This document shows, piece after piece, positions 38,970-53,614 of a stretch of DNA of 64,000 nt; positions within the stretch are counted from its first letter, which is position 1, and the number at the start of each line of letters is the position of its first letter. A model generated the notes under the pieces. That model had not been told where the DNA came from. It saw nothing but the letters and a program-made list of their open reading frames with translations, and searched no databases. The DNA is from Amoeboaphelidium protococcarum X5 (lineage: Eukaryota > Fungi > Aphelidiomycota). The position numbers and the translations under genes were made by a program. The DNA lies in the NCBI GenBank assembly GCA_023515725.1, contig JALDTO010000235.1, positions 294,371-358,370 on the forward strand. The letters are read 5' to 3'.

Positions 38970-40670
38970 TCATCGAGGTGTTCCAAATAAACGTCCCAGA
39001 AGACTACCACTTGAACTCTATTAAGAGTCTCCATTGCGGACACTACCAAGTATAAGACTCTCAGCAGACCGATCCAGCTGTCGAGAGTTCCTCAATGAAG
39101 CAGCAGAGGATTAATATATCGGCCGACTTGATCTTCTAGTGTATTCCACCGCATTTGTAGAACTCAGCGCAGGAGAGTCCATCATTTCATCATCATATAC
39201 TGCAGAATCTTGATTTTCATTAACATTTTACGACTATTACTCTTACGGAATATCATCATTAAGATTGCAATCGGATTCAAACATGAAATCATGCAGATTC
39301 TATTCTTCATCATCAACATCGCCTTGCCGGATATACCTTTAAGAAGATTATGGCAGATCAGCATTTGGTACTAAAGGCGAAGTCTCAGAATGCAGAGTAG
39401 ATCCACTCGGAAGCTCTGATGATGATTATGGAAGCTCAGCAATGGTAATTCTCAGCTCATCCTAGTTTGCATCTTCATCATTAATTGAGGAGGACGACAC
39501 AGAGCCATCAACTAGGACATCTGTCTTACAAATGGGACATACTCTCTTCTTAGTGAGAAGCCATGGATCGATGCACTGCATGTGGAAAGAATGGCTACAA
39601 TTGACCAAATACCTAATCTTATCACCAACCACGAAATCATCAAGACAAATGGCGCACGTTTTACCATACTTCACATACTATTAATGATTCCGACGACGCT
39701 TGCCTTCACTTTAATACACCGAATCTTACGACGCGGCACCAGAGTCTGGTTGATCATCTACTAAAAAATTGCTAGTAGACGTCACACTAAGACTTCTCAC
39801 AGATCCTTCATAGATTTCTACAGGAAGCCTCTGCAAATCCTCATCTGACAATGTTCCAATATAGCCACCATCTCCAGGTGCTTCGCCATCTGCGGTTATA
39901 AACCTCCGCCGCCTGAATCTCCAGAGGGAATACAAAAATATGAATATGACAATAGGGGCAATAATGGTCACAATAATAATGTCCAGCATCGGCCATTAGA
40001 AATCCTACTGCTTTGAAATCTCCACCCACAGATACTCATCGCCAAGCATGTAATCAGACGGTACACCATCACGAGCATCAAATGTCTACGAGTTCTTCAA
40101 TCCGAGATACCTCAAATCTCTATAAGCCCACTGCATCACAAAGACGGATGGTACGTCAATATCGCTCGTGTCACCAGAGCCAAACATCACAATCAGTCCA
40201 TTTCGCTGCTCATTATCACCGACCACTACGGCCGATGCACCAGACTATTGCATAGCTCTGACTTTATCCACAAAAGAGCACTATCCTCTCTCGACCAGAG
40301 CTATCCAAGGAGGAATCGTCTCATTACCGGCGGGCTATTAAATGAATTCAGGTGGATATACAGGCACACAACCCTTGGGTGAATTCTCGATATAGCTAAA
40401 TTGTAATTAAGGAATTTCATCATCAACATCCTGCTATTCCTAAATAGTTGTTGTTGTGTTATCTCTAATAATCTCTGTAGGCCTAGGAGAAAGTTGATCT
40501 ACAGCCACCAGAATTCCTCTGACAGGAGAGTCAATATCGATATTGGGACCAAATGCAGCAATTCTATCATCATAAGTGTCATTAGTCGACAATACTGTGA
40601 CTTTTGCAATTAATGTTTATACCAAAATAACCAAGACTAACGTCACAATCCGCAAATATATAAAAGCCAT
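38970..40670 (-). CDS. PA-TM-RING-H2 E3 ubiquitin ligase (RNF13/RNF167-like, 566 aa)
   Basis: Signal peptide, AAFGP and WIALVERGQCSFVDKVRAMQQSGASAVVVGDN (PA domain), TM helix, and RING-H2 CAICLDDF...CSHSFHMQCIDPWLLTKKRVCPIC. Confidence 0.9.
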
Positions 40671-40968
40671 TTTACACTTTATTATACTTGAGGTAATAGA
40701 AAGCTAATGATGATGATCACTATCGGAGAAAAGAATAAAATGAATTGATGATCACACGAGAGCGGCGATATTCACAGTGACGTGATGAAAGCGGCCGAAA
40801 TCATAGTGTTACACGCTAAGTGATAATTTACTTACACTTTTGCAGTAACAATAATTAGGTTAGAGAAGATTTAATATAGCAAATAGTGAATTTTATTGAT
40901 TTATATTATTTATAAACACCTCACTGCTAAATTATTTACAAACTTGCCACAACTAATTATGAGACAAT

Positions 40969-41388
40969 TCAATGGTGATCATCATCGTCCATTGCGGAAA
41001 GCTTTCCCTGTTTGGCCAATCGCTTGCGTTCCTTCTGAGACAATTTACGCGTTGAAACCAGGGCAGCATCCACAAGCTGGGCAAAATCAGACTCGATTGC
41101 AATATCATCATCATCATCATCGTTTCCAATCTCATTCATGCAAGAATATCCCAGCTCTTCACACTTTTAGCACAGCTCACTATTGTGACCCACCATTGTT
41201 TCGCGATTCATATTACCCAATCGGTTCGGTGGCTCGTACTGAAACTCGGTGGGGAAGCACGGCGTCAGGCACTCCTTGCACTTTTGATACACTCCAGGCT
41301 ATCCACGAGCAGACTTCCACCTATGTGCACAATTCACACATCCAAACTTTGCTATTTTGGTAAAATTAGGGGCTCTTTGTTTATCCAT
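40969..41388 (-). CDS. 3CxxC-type zinc-finger protein (ZCCHC24/ZAR1-like domain, 139 aa)
   Basis: FGCVNCAHRWKS...YQKCKECLTPCFP...GHNSELCQKCEELGYSC. Confidence 0.75.
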
Positions 41389-41606
41389 ATTTTGAAATGT
41401 AATGATTAATTCTGATGATTTAAGAAATTGGGAACTGATGCGCTAGTATTCCGTTACAATTATGACGCTGGCTGCGATACCATGACGTGTCCATGTTTGG
41501 ACTTTGTAAGTCATGTATAAGAGCAATCAAGATTATAGAGACAATAAAAAACAAAGATTTATCAAAAGTCGATTTTAGTATATAATATATTCACGAGTCA
41601 ATCAAC

Positions 41607-42792
41607 TCATGAACGAGGAGCAACCTGCCAAACTCTGATGTTGTTGTCAGTGTAACCGGCAAACAGAGTCTGACCATCAGCACTCCATGCCAGACTGATA
41701 CACAATGGGACAGCCTTGCCAGAGAAATCCTCATAATCCTCAGCACGCAACTCAGCGACAATTTATTTGGTCTCCAGGTCCCAGATCTTGATGCAAGAGT
41801 CAGTGGCAGCACACAGCCAGTATCTGTTCATACTGAAGAGCAGGCAGTTGACAGTCTCGCGGTCGCTAGTCTCCAGAGAGTACAGGTGCTTACCCTCATT
41901 CACATCCCACAGCATAACAACACCATCCTTACCACCAGATGCACACAGAGATCCATCAGGAGAGATTGTAACAGTGTTGACATAACCAGAGTGACCGTAG
42001 TGGTTAGTGCGCAACTTGTACTTGCCAGAATCCCAAACCTACACATACATGAATATGAGAAATCTGCTTAGTACACACTGTACATTATCACGGGGCCTAA
42101 AAGTTCAAGGCGTCAAATGCATTCAGATTATGGTGATTGATTTGTCTCATCGATGATCACATACATGACCATCATCTGAAGTAGCAAATATTATCAATTA
42201 AACATCATTAATAACATGTTGACGTTATGAAGCTTAGACCCCGTGATACATATAAAATTAATCCTACCTTGACCAAACGGTCCCATCCACTGCTCACAAT
42301 GACTGGATTTTCAGGATTAGGAGAGAAGCGGACGCAGGACACCCACTCAGAGTGACCACCATCAACCATGTTGAACTTGCACTCACCAACAGTGTTCCAC
42401 AACTTGATAGATCTGTCACGGCTAGCACTCACAATCTGTCTGCTATCTGGAGAGAAGGAGACACTCAGCACATCATTGGTGTGACCGACAAAACGACGCG
42501 TAGTCTGACCAGTCTGCAGATCCCACAGACGCAGAGTCTTGTCCCAAGATGCGGACATTGCGAATCTACCATCACTGGTCACAGCGACATCTTGCACAAA
42601 GTGATTGTGGCCCTTCAACGAACGCTTTGGCACAGCGAAACTGTTCTCCTCGCGAGTAATCTACCAGATCATCAGAGTCTTGTCGCGAGAGGCAGAGACC
42701 AGCATGTCCGGCTACTCAGGAGTGGTGGCCAATGCAGTGACCCATCCACCGTGTCCAACTAAAGTTCCACGTAAATATAATGATTCAGCCAT
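41607..42792 (-). CDS. RACK1: RACK1/Asc1 ribosome-associated WD40 protein (318 aa); intron 42039-42267
   Basis: [58 protein letters not shown]; spliced length 957 nt. Confidence 0.97.
42119..42212 (-). ncRNA. SNR24: Box C/D snoRNA U24 (snR24/SNORD24) inside the RACK1 intron
   Basis: C box ATGATGT, guide ATATTTGCTACTT + D' CAGA (matches yeast snR24 as I recall it), C' ATGAGA, ATCACCA, D box CTGA. External inverted repeat at 42086-42100 / 42234-42248. Confidence 0.85.
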
Positions 42793-43221
42793 TTTATAAT
42801 AAAATCAACTAATTAGTATTAAATTGCTATTTCCAATCACTGACAACCCAACACTATTCTGACTGGTGTAAAGAAAACTTTTCGCGTCAAATGGCTGTTG
42901 AGCGACGGTTTCGGTTATGAAATGTGATTTTTTAGAATTTTTTCTCTATTGGCTCTCCTCCACCCAAGTTCCTGACAAGCGAGAGAGAAGAGAGCAAATA
43001 GGGGACGACGCGCATCTGATGACCCCTTTTGTCTCTCGCATTTTCAGCTCCCAGAGTGCTACTCACAAATTAAATAAAACCGTTTCAGCGATCGTTTCTT
43101 TACAATTTCATCTTCCATTTACATTTGTATTTTCTCTCTCTCTCTCTCTCTCTCAATTCATTGTTTTACTTGCCGTTGCAATAGGAGTATATAATAGTGG
43201 AGCTGTGATATCCACTCTGTC

Positions 43222-44928
<1,707 letters not shown>

Positions 44929-45212
44929 ATATTTAATTGAATTGCCATGATGGCAGATAAAAAAATATTTATTTAATCTACTGCTATAACAGTTGAGAAT
45001 GTATAACCTTTGCGCCACGTATTTGCCTATTCATTCTTCCCTTTGATCGCTCTCGTTTACTTTAGTTGTCTTCGCGCTTAACGCTGCCGATCCGATTTTT
45101 CTCTTCTCTCCTCGCTCGTTCTCTCGCTAATTCTCGGTGAACCTTTTCCGCGTACGACTTGATTGATTGATTGATCGACATTGCAGCTCAGTTTGATTAA
45201 GAGTGGACAACT

Positions 45213-47877
45213 ATGACAATGGGCAAGTACGAGATTACGTGTATTGTAGGCGATGACAGATAGACGCGTTAATATGAGAGTAAGCTATACAATTAGCTTT
45301 TGGTTTAATGCTCATAACTTGCCTAAATGTTTATGATTGTGTGTAGGTTCTTCTGAATTCTAGGCTGCGATCAAGACGTATGGAGGCATCATGTCGACTG
45401 TGAAGGACATTGCTAGATTGGATAGTAAACCGTAGAAGCCTCAATTCAAGAATGTGGAAGGATAGTGGATTGATATCGTGAATGAGAAGGAGACTTACTT
45501 GAAGCTGCTTCAGACTGTTAAAGCGACCAGATCACTGATTGTCCGAGATGCTGCCGTAGTGTCTGACTCAAGGAATCAGTTGTAGCAGTAGCAATCTTCG
45601 TGGCAAGACTCTGGTAACGGTAGTTCATGGAATTCCGGTGCTGATTTAGGCAATAATAGTCATGGCGCGTAAAATTTAGCACCATCTATGAGTAAGTCGA
45701 CTGGTGAACAAGGTGGTTGGAATTCTAATGCCGCGTCATCATCAGCTGCCGTATCCTCTGGTGGATGGAACACTGATGGACCAAGTGCGGCTCCTGTTTC
45801 CAGCGGTGGCGGTGGTAGAGGTTGGAATAGTGGTCCGGGTGATGATTTCTAGCAATCTGCGCCTTAAACTTCAGTCTCTGGTGGCGGAGGTTGGAATTCT
45901 GGACCAGCTGAACCTGCTGTCGACGTTGGTAGTAGCAGTAACAATAATAATGATTACAGTGGTGGCGGTGATAGCTGGAACTCTGCAGGCAATTCATATT
46001 CCCAATAATCGCAACAATAAGATTCTTACCAAAAATCCTCGTATGATAGCGGTAATGGTGGATACAATAACAATGGTTCGTCCTCCTATGATCGTAATGG
46101 AGGTGGTTATGGTGGATATTCTCAGCGCAATGCCAGTAGAGAAGAGGGAGAATTGCGCAACAATTCTAGAGGAGGTTATAGCAACAATAACAACAACGAT
46201 CGCGGTGGTTATGATAGTCGCGGTCAAGGTCGTGATTATGGTCGGAGCCAAGATGGATATGGCGGTGGTAGAGGAGATCGCTTTGATAAACCTCAAAATG
46301 ATTCTGCTGGATATGGCAATAATGATGGTGGCCGTGGATATGGCGGTCCTAGTGGCGATAGATTTGGAGGTGCTCCAGGTGGGGGACAGATGGATGAGCC
46401 TCCAGCCAGAGCGCGCCCTTCCGACTCTTTGGTAATTGGAAATGCTTCATCAGCTGTCCGCTCGGATGAATATACCGAGGAGAGAGATTCGGCATTGGAA
46501 GAGTAGATTTTCAACAAAGAAGAGTTGGACTAGCGCACACCTGGTATCAATTTTAGCAAGTATGAGAACATCAAAGCCAAGGTGACTGGTAAGAATGCTC
46601 CAAGTCCAATATCCAACTTTGAGGAATTGGGTCTGCACAAGCACGTTCTTGAGAATATTAGAAAGTGCAAGTACAAGGTACCAACTCCTGTGTAAAAGTA
46701 TGGTATTCCTGTGGTGATGTCCGGGCGTGATATGATGGCGTGTGCGTAGACTGGTAGTGGTAAGACTGCAAGTTTTCTAGTGCCTATAATCAACGAGGCT
46801 ATTAAGTAGGGATTAAATAGAGCATCTAACAGACCTGCTAAAGGCGAGGCTCATACTCCGTTCTGTTTGGTGATTGCACCTACGCGTGAGCTCGCAATTC
46901 AAATCTTTAAGGAGGCTTGTAAGTTCTCATTTTCTACTGGTATTAGAGCTTGTGTGGTTTATGGTGGCCAGCCTGGAAGTCTGCAGTACTTGGATATGGA
47001 AAAGGGCTGTGATTTGTTGGTTGGTACTCCTGGCCGTATTCAAGATTTTACTGAGCGTGGTATCATCTCGTACTAGAAGTTGAAGTGGTTGGTCATTGAC
47101 GAGGCTGATAGAATGCTTGATATGGGTTTCGAGCTGTAGCTGCGCAAACTGATGGAGAATCGTGACTTTCCTGATAAGACGAACAGGCAGACTTTGATGT
47201 GGTCTGCAACGTTCCCGAATGAGATTCAATAGTTGGCTGCCTCCTTTTTGAAGGAGGATTATCTGTTTTTGGCAGTTGGTCGTGTAGGTGCAGCTTGTGA
47301 TAATGTGAAACAGACCATCAAGTTGGTTGATGACTACAAGAAGCGATCAGAGCTAGTGGAAATGCTGTCTGCCGCCGGTAGAATGCGTGTGTTGATATTC
47401 GTGGCCAGTAAAGCGTCTGCTGATCGTTTGGATGATTTTCTGTTCAACTAAGGCTTCCCTTGCACCAGCATCCACGGTGATAGAACGTAGATGCAGCGTG
47501 AATAGGCACTTGAAAGTTTCCGTCGTGCCCATACTCCTATCCTTATTGCCACTGATGTTGCATCTCGTGGTCTTGATATTCCAGATGTTCATCATGTCGT
47601 GATTTTCGATATGCCAAAGAATTTGGAAGATTATGTCCACCGTATTGGACGTACTGGAAGAGCAGGTAATACTGGTATGGCGACTGCGTTCTTTACCAAC
47701 AATGATGCTAGTCTGGCATCTGATTTGATGGCCATCTTGGAAGAGGCTGGTTAGGAGGTACCGTCATTTCTGCGTGACATGTCAGGTGGAGCAAGTTTCG
47801 GTGGTTATGGCGGCGGTGGTGGTCGCTCTGGTGGTAATGACTTTGGTGGAAGAGATGTTAGAAATTCTCGCTGGTGA
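45213..47877 (+). CDS. Ded1/DDX3/Vasa-family DEAD-box helicase with long N-terminal extension (865 aa); intron 45280-45346
   Basis: [77 protein letters not shown]; ends [11 protein letters not shown]. Start and first exon are less certain. Confidence 0.88.
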
Positions 47878-48168
47878 TTGACGACGTGCAACTATGATCG
47901 TATAGTTTATTGAATAATAGTAGTGGCCTTTGTGAGAGCATACTTATATAATATTGATACTAGTAATTATTAATAAGCGTTTTCACTTCTTTCAATAAGT
48001 TTGCCTGAATCTGAAAATATATATATTGCACAGTCTTATTGCCGACTTGATCACAGAGAATTTTCGTTATGATAACGCGTTCAATTGACTTTTGCGCTGT
48101 GCACCAATCAAAGCACATTTCTTTGTTCATAGGAAGTAAAGGAGAAAAAAATTAAATATAATTGAACG

Positions 48169-49362
48169 ATGTATAGACTAGTGACGCGTAGATATTCTTC
48201 GCTGGCACCAATGCCTACCAGCAGAAAGACCAAGTCACGACATTTTCTAGTCAAAGATATGCCTCATCCTTCATCTGCTCTATTGGAAAATGTCGCGCGT
48301 GGTAGTAACTAACAGCAGCAGCAGAAGAGTGGTGATACGGCGATGATGAATTAAAAGACTAAATTGCGAATGATAGAACGCAATCCATAATTCAATCACG
48401 TTCTAGTGGCCAACAAGGAGATTAGTAAAAGAGAAAGACATTTTAGATTATGCTTAGCCATGGCTCAGTGCGCGAATCTGCCATATCTCCCTGATCTGAC
48501 TCAATTTGCACCTCCTCCATGGTTATTGCACTCTAGCCTACACACCCAGCATGCTGATAAGGGATGGACTGCACTGAAAGATCCCGTTTTGTAGTCTGTG
48601 TATAACACGCGTTTGGTCAAGGCGTTCAGCGCGTTGAAGAACGAGTAATTGAAGAGGCAACTGTTACATGCCAAGGTGATCACGCCCGATGATATTGAAT
48701 AGGTTCAACTTATGCAAAAGCGTGGATTGGATCTAATGCAGGCGTAAGAAGTTGCTGACTTGAATGCTGATATGAGCGGCAATGATAGCGTATCGTTATT
48801 CGATAAAGTAATGATGGATGCAGAGCGTGATATCTAATACTCGCTCAAGTTGGCGCACGATGGTTTGATTGAACAGCTGGAAGCGCCAGAGTTGAATGTT
48901 GAGGGTGCATAGAAGGAAGCGATACTAAAGCTGGTCACTCCTCCGTCATTGTAGAACAAGTATCTACCTCCAACTGCTACGTAGAAGGACATCACTCAAT
49001 TTATAAAGTAGAGAATTATCGCCGCGTTCGGTTCTCATCCAACTGATTTTGGATCTACGCGTGTCAGAGCCGCATTGTACACGCTTAAAATAAGATCTCT
49101 GCTCATTCATTTGTACACTGGGAGAGGTGTTGTTAATGTTGAAGGTATTGCAGCTCAGGATGAAGAAGGTAATAATTAGCAGTAATAGCAGTAGTAGTAA
49201 CGGTAGTAGAATACCGTCAAAGGACACGTCCAGGATGTGAATGCGCGCGTCACTGCTGATCGCCTCTGCCACGAGCGAAGGAAATTGTTGAGATCTCTCC
49301 GCAAAAATAGCATGGAAGCTTTCATGGCCTTGGTGAAGGACTTGGACTTGAAGGTGATATGA
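48169..49362 (+). CDS. MRPS15: Mitochondrial ribosomal protein uS15m-like (397 aa)
   Basis: Presequence-like MYRLVTRRYSS and C-terminal S15 domain FGSHPTDFGSTRVRAALYTLKIRSLLIHL...QDVNAR...ERRKLLRSLRK...LVKDLDL. Confidence 0.7.
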
Positions 49363-49817
49363 ATAATTATAATGAATAGATTACCTTTTCTTGATAAAAT
49401 TCAACTCTTTCTTAAGAGTATCAGAAACTGTTTTCACTCTTCAGATTGTATTTTCATGATTTCCAGTGCAAGTAGCTCTGCTCTGTATGGAGTCGTAATT
49501 CTTGTTAACATTACTAGCATATCGAAACCAACATGTTTTAAGGTTGAATGAAGACAAACTGCCTTGGTAGTACATGACTAGAGAGCAGCTGATCAACTTA
49601 ATATCTGTACTTGAATGGAATCAGATCAGGTCTCTCATTGTGCTTCGATTGGCTATTTTTAGCATTCATTAGTAATGGTTACGTATCTTGATTTTTACCT
49701 CTATAAATGCACAGTATCTAACATTGAATCTTTGTATTTAAATTTAATTACAGTAAATAGAGGAATAGAATCATTCATATAATTAAATCTAGATACAGTT
49801 TAACAATCGTCAATCCT

Positions 49818-52800
49818 ATGCTGGTATCACTGATCTTGCCATCTTCTGCTTTGTGACAACCGTGGTGTGTGATTATGCGAATGTGTCTTGGATTGGCACG
49901 TTATATAACAATATGATGTAGTACGTTGATACAGTGACTGATCTCAACGGTGACTTCATTGTATCCTATTAGTATTATTACGTTCAATCCTAGTTTGCAA
50001 CTACTTTTGGTGGTGCGGTCTAAAATACACAGAATTTCGATTATAGGGATTACACGGCTTCCTTTGTGAAAATAAGTGGCTCAACAGGCTAGATATAGTG
50101 GACTGTGTCCATGGCTGGCCCACAAAGTGCTTATGTCTACAAATTGATTACAGATCAGGCAGGCAATCTCATTGCCACTGGTTAACTTTTCTCTACCGTT
50201 GCTGCTTTGAATTTTTACTTTAATTGAGTGCTAGTCTATACATTGCCATAAGGTACAACCTCCTCATGGCAGGCAAAATGGTCTTCAGCAGGTCAATTTT
50301 AGTGGGCTTCATTTCCGCCAAATGAATTTATCGACATTAAAGGACTTGCAGTTGATTCTGGTAATAATATTTTTCAAATGTCTTAGGCTAACCAGGCTCT
50401 ATCGTATTTATATGGAGGATTTAGCTTTACTCCTGTAACTTCTGTCTGCAACGTGCGCAAGGTAAATCTAAGTGGTGTTGAGTTGTGGAGAGTCAATATT
50501 GGGTATGCTGCAGTGGTAACATGTAACTCTGCTATTGCCGTGTCGTAATCAACGGGTGATGTGTATGTGGCTGGATCATTCACCTTTGGAGACACCATGT
50601 AGAATGGCTACAAGACTCCTATAGGATAAATTGGCGTTCGTGATTCAGCCAACTAGCTCTATATTCTCCAGCAAAGCAACATGATTTTAAAGTCAGCTCT
50701 ATTTTTGGCAAAGTTTAGTAGTAGTGGTGGTTTTTAATGGATGGTGCGTATTGACGACTCTCAACCAGTACCTTCCGCTCTAAGTGTGTCACCGAATGGT
50801 TATGTCAGCCTAGTTGGTTCGTATTAAAATACAGCATATCCTCTTGGATTTTATAATGTCAGTGGATAATTAGGTCGCAGTGTAAATTCCAGTCGAGTTC
50901 TTCTTAGTGGCTTTGTTGCGACTTACAGCCCTGCTGGTGCTCTCCGTTATGTTGCAACAATGGATGGTGCTAGTAATAATAAGGCTGTTAGTTCTGCTGT
51001 TGATGCGAGTTCAAATGTTTTTCTAGCAGCATAGTGTTTATCGTATTCAGTCATTGTAGTAGATGGATTAGGGAATAGCCAAAGTATTCAAGCATCTTCA
51101 TCAACTGTGCTAAAATTTGGTCCATCTGGTGATTTTTTATATAGCTTCCGTAGTACTTATGGTTTATAACCTTACGCAATTTTAAAAGGTTCTAGCAATA
51201 GTCTTATTCTAGCTGGTTAATTTAGTAGCGCATCCAAACTATTTGATAGTTCCGGCAATTATGGTGTGGATTTACCATCGTCTGATAGTGGTTACGTGTT
51301 TGCGAAGTATTTGGACTATAATTCTACTCTGACAACCACAAAGATAACTACTACTACCACAACAACGACAACTTCTACTACAACTACCACCACCACCACT
51401 ACCACTACCACTACTACAACCACGACAACAACAACCACGTCGACAACTACTACTAGTACCACAACAACAACAACTACTACTACCACTACTACTACTCCGA
51501 CCACAACTACGTCTATTACAACCACCACTACAACGACAACTACTCCTACGCCGACTATTACTACAGGTACTACAACAAAATCGACCACTACCGCTACGAT
51601 GACTCCTAATACAACAAAATCGACAACGACACCTACTACCACAACGACAACTACCACGACGACTACTACTACTAGTAGTACTACAACAACATCGATCACT
51701 ACTATTACTACTGTTACGACGACGACTACTGCCACTGCTCCGCCTACAACTAGTACTACGTCTGCTCCGACTATAGTTAATACTACGCCGACAACGACAT
51801 TTGCTAGTGCAACATTATCCTAAGCTGCTTCAATAAGTCTCGTTACCTCCACATCATCCTAAATTGCTGTTGATATTAGCTCTATGACAACTTCTCTGTA
51901 ATCTGATCCTCAGACTACCTCTGCAATCTTGATTTGTTACACTACATAACTAATTTTCGAGTTGCGCTCAAACTAGTAAAGCTCTAGTATTACGATTAGT
52001 ATGTCACTCAATGACGGCATAGAAGGATAGGCATAGCCTGGAGCTTAGTCCTAAATGATGACAATGTACATAACTGTAATTGTGGTTGTGTGTGTTTTGA
52101 TTTTGGTGCTGGTTCTGCTGTCTATGTACTGCATTAGGCGCAGGTACATCAAGTCTCGCATGAGATCTTCCAAGATGCTGTTATTAAGGAATACTGCAGG
52201 TATGACTGATCAAACATTAAATGCTACAATTGGGACGGCGATATAAACAGGAGGTACCGCGATGGGTGGGACAACTTTTATGAATTCTTCGATGGAAGTT
52301 GCTATACCTGCATACTTGGAGTTGAAGTGTGATCTAAATTTCAGAATGGTGCCCAATTCCTTTATCAACAAGGGCGGATAAGCTGAGATTTAGGTTGCAG
52401 AGATTTTATGATATCCGACAGGTCATCCTTATGCTACAAGTGGTGCAAGATTGGTTGCAGCTAAATGCTTCATTGGAAACGTGAATAGAGACAGCGTTCA
52501 TCAGGAGATTGCTCTGATGTGGAGATTTAAAGACTATGACTAGATTGCAAAGCTGGTTGGTTTCGATACTGTACATAATGTACTGCTTATGATCAATTAT
52601 GAACTGGGGCCTTTGGAACAACTGATTCTGGGCCAAACTCAGTATGCTCAACAGGTCGACTATTCAACGGAGTAACAGCAAATTTTATGCTTGGACGTTT
52701 TCACAGCGTTATGGATCTTGCATTAGAACGCTGTGGTCCACAATGACATCAAATCTGGTAACTATTTGGTGCAGCAGGATTCTGATGGTTTTGTGAGAGC

Positions 52801-53197
52801 GGTTTTGACATATTTTGGTAGCTGTACTTTACTTTCGCGGGCAAACGTGGTGCAAGGCATGTAATGGAATCAGCTGAAAGGACACTCTGTAATGTATGCT
52901 GCACCTGAGGTTTTGTTTAAGCTGTAAGTGCCTGAGCAGCTTCTCCCTGCACGAGATGTCTATGCTGGCGCTGTGGTGATATTTGAGATCTTAGCGCGTA
53001 GAAAGGCTTGGGAAGGCTATAAAGCAGTGTAAGTGAGCGAAATGGTTCTATCAGGTATAAGGCCGGAAGCTAAATTACAGGATAATCGCGCCCAGATGCT
53101 ATTTCAAGTTATCCAACTTGCTTGGGCTCAAGATCCGTACATGAGGCCTACTGCTGATACAATTGTTAGTGAAGTGTAAAAGCTCGCGTCGGTATGA
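49818..53197 (+). pseudogene. Propeller receptor kinase copy E, pseudogene
   Basis: 1-nt deletion in the signal peptide (about 49833), in-frame TGA at 50225 and 52409, and DFG changed to YFG (52811). Confidence 0.88.
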
Positions 53198-53614
53198 GAT
53201 GGCTTTAAGTTCATGATAAGTGAAGTGATGAACTAATGTTTCAATTTTACAACGATGTCTCGATTTCATTATATTGTATGGAATCTACCTTCAGTCCAAA
53301 CATTGATTGACACATCGAGTACCGTTTATTTATTAGATACATTTTAGTATAGTCACTTGAGAGTTTTATTCTCTCAATACAGTAGATATACTGTAAGCTG
53401 ATTTTTGTTAGAGCAAGCCTACGGTGGATCGATGCTTAGGTGATAATGATGGCGATCGTTGCGCTCGCACAATCAAAGAATCGTTTAAAGATAAAACACA
53501 CGAGCGACTTTTCTATAGTTCTTATCGTCTGCGAGATTAAACAACCGCCAATTGTTAAAGGTTACTCTCCAACCCACCCACCTCAATTTATACTACAAGT
53601 TAGTAGTCTTATAA

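Noticed and set aside
43133-43154. (TC)n microsatellite upstream of the mannosidase
   Set aside because: Ordinary short simple repeat or pyrimidine-rich 5' region.
50225-52411. TGA as a sense codon in receptor copy E (all three stops reassigned)
   Set aside because: The two TGAs align with Gly/Gln and Ser/Asp rather than one amino acid, and the copy also has a frameshift and a DFG mutation, so it is a pseudogene.
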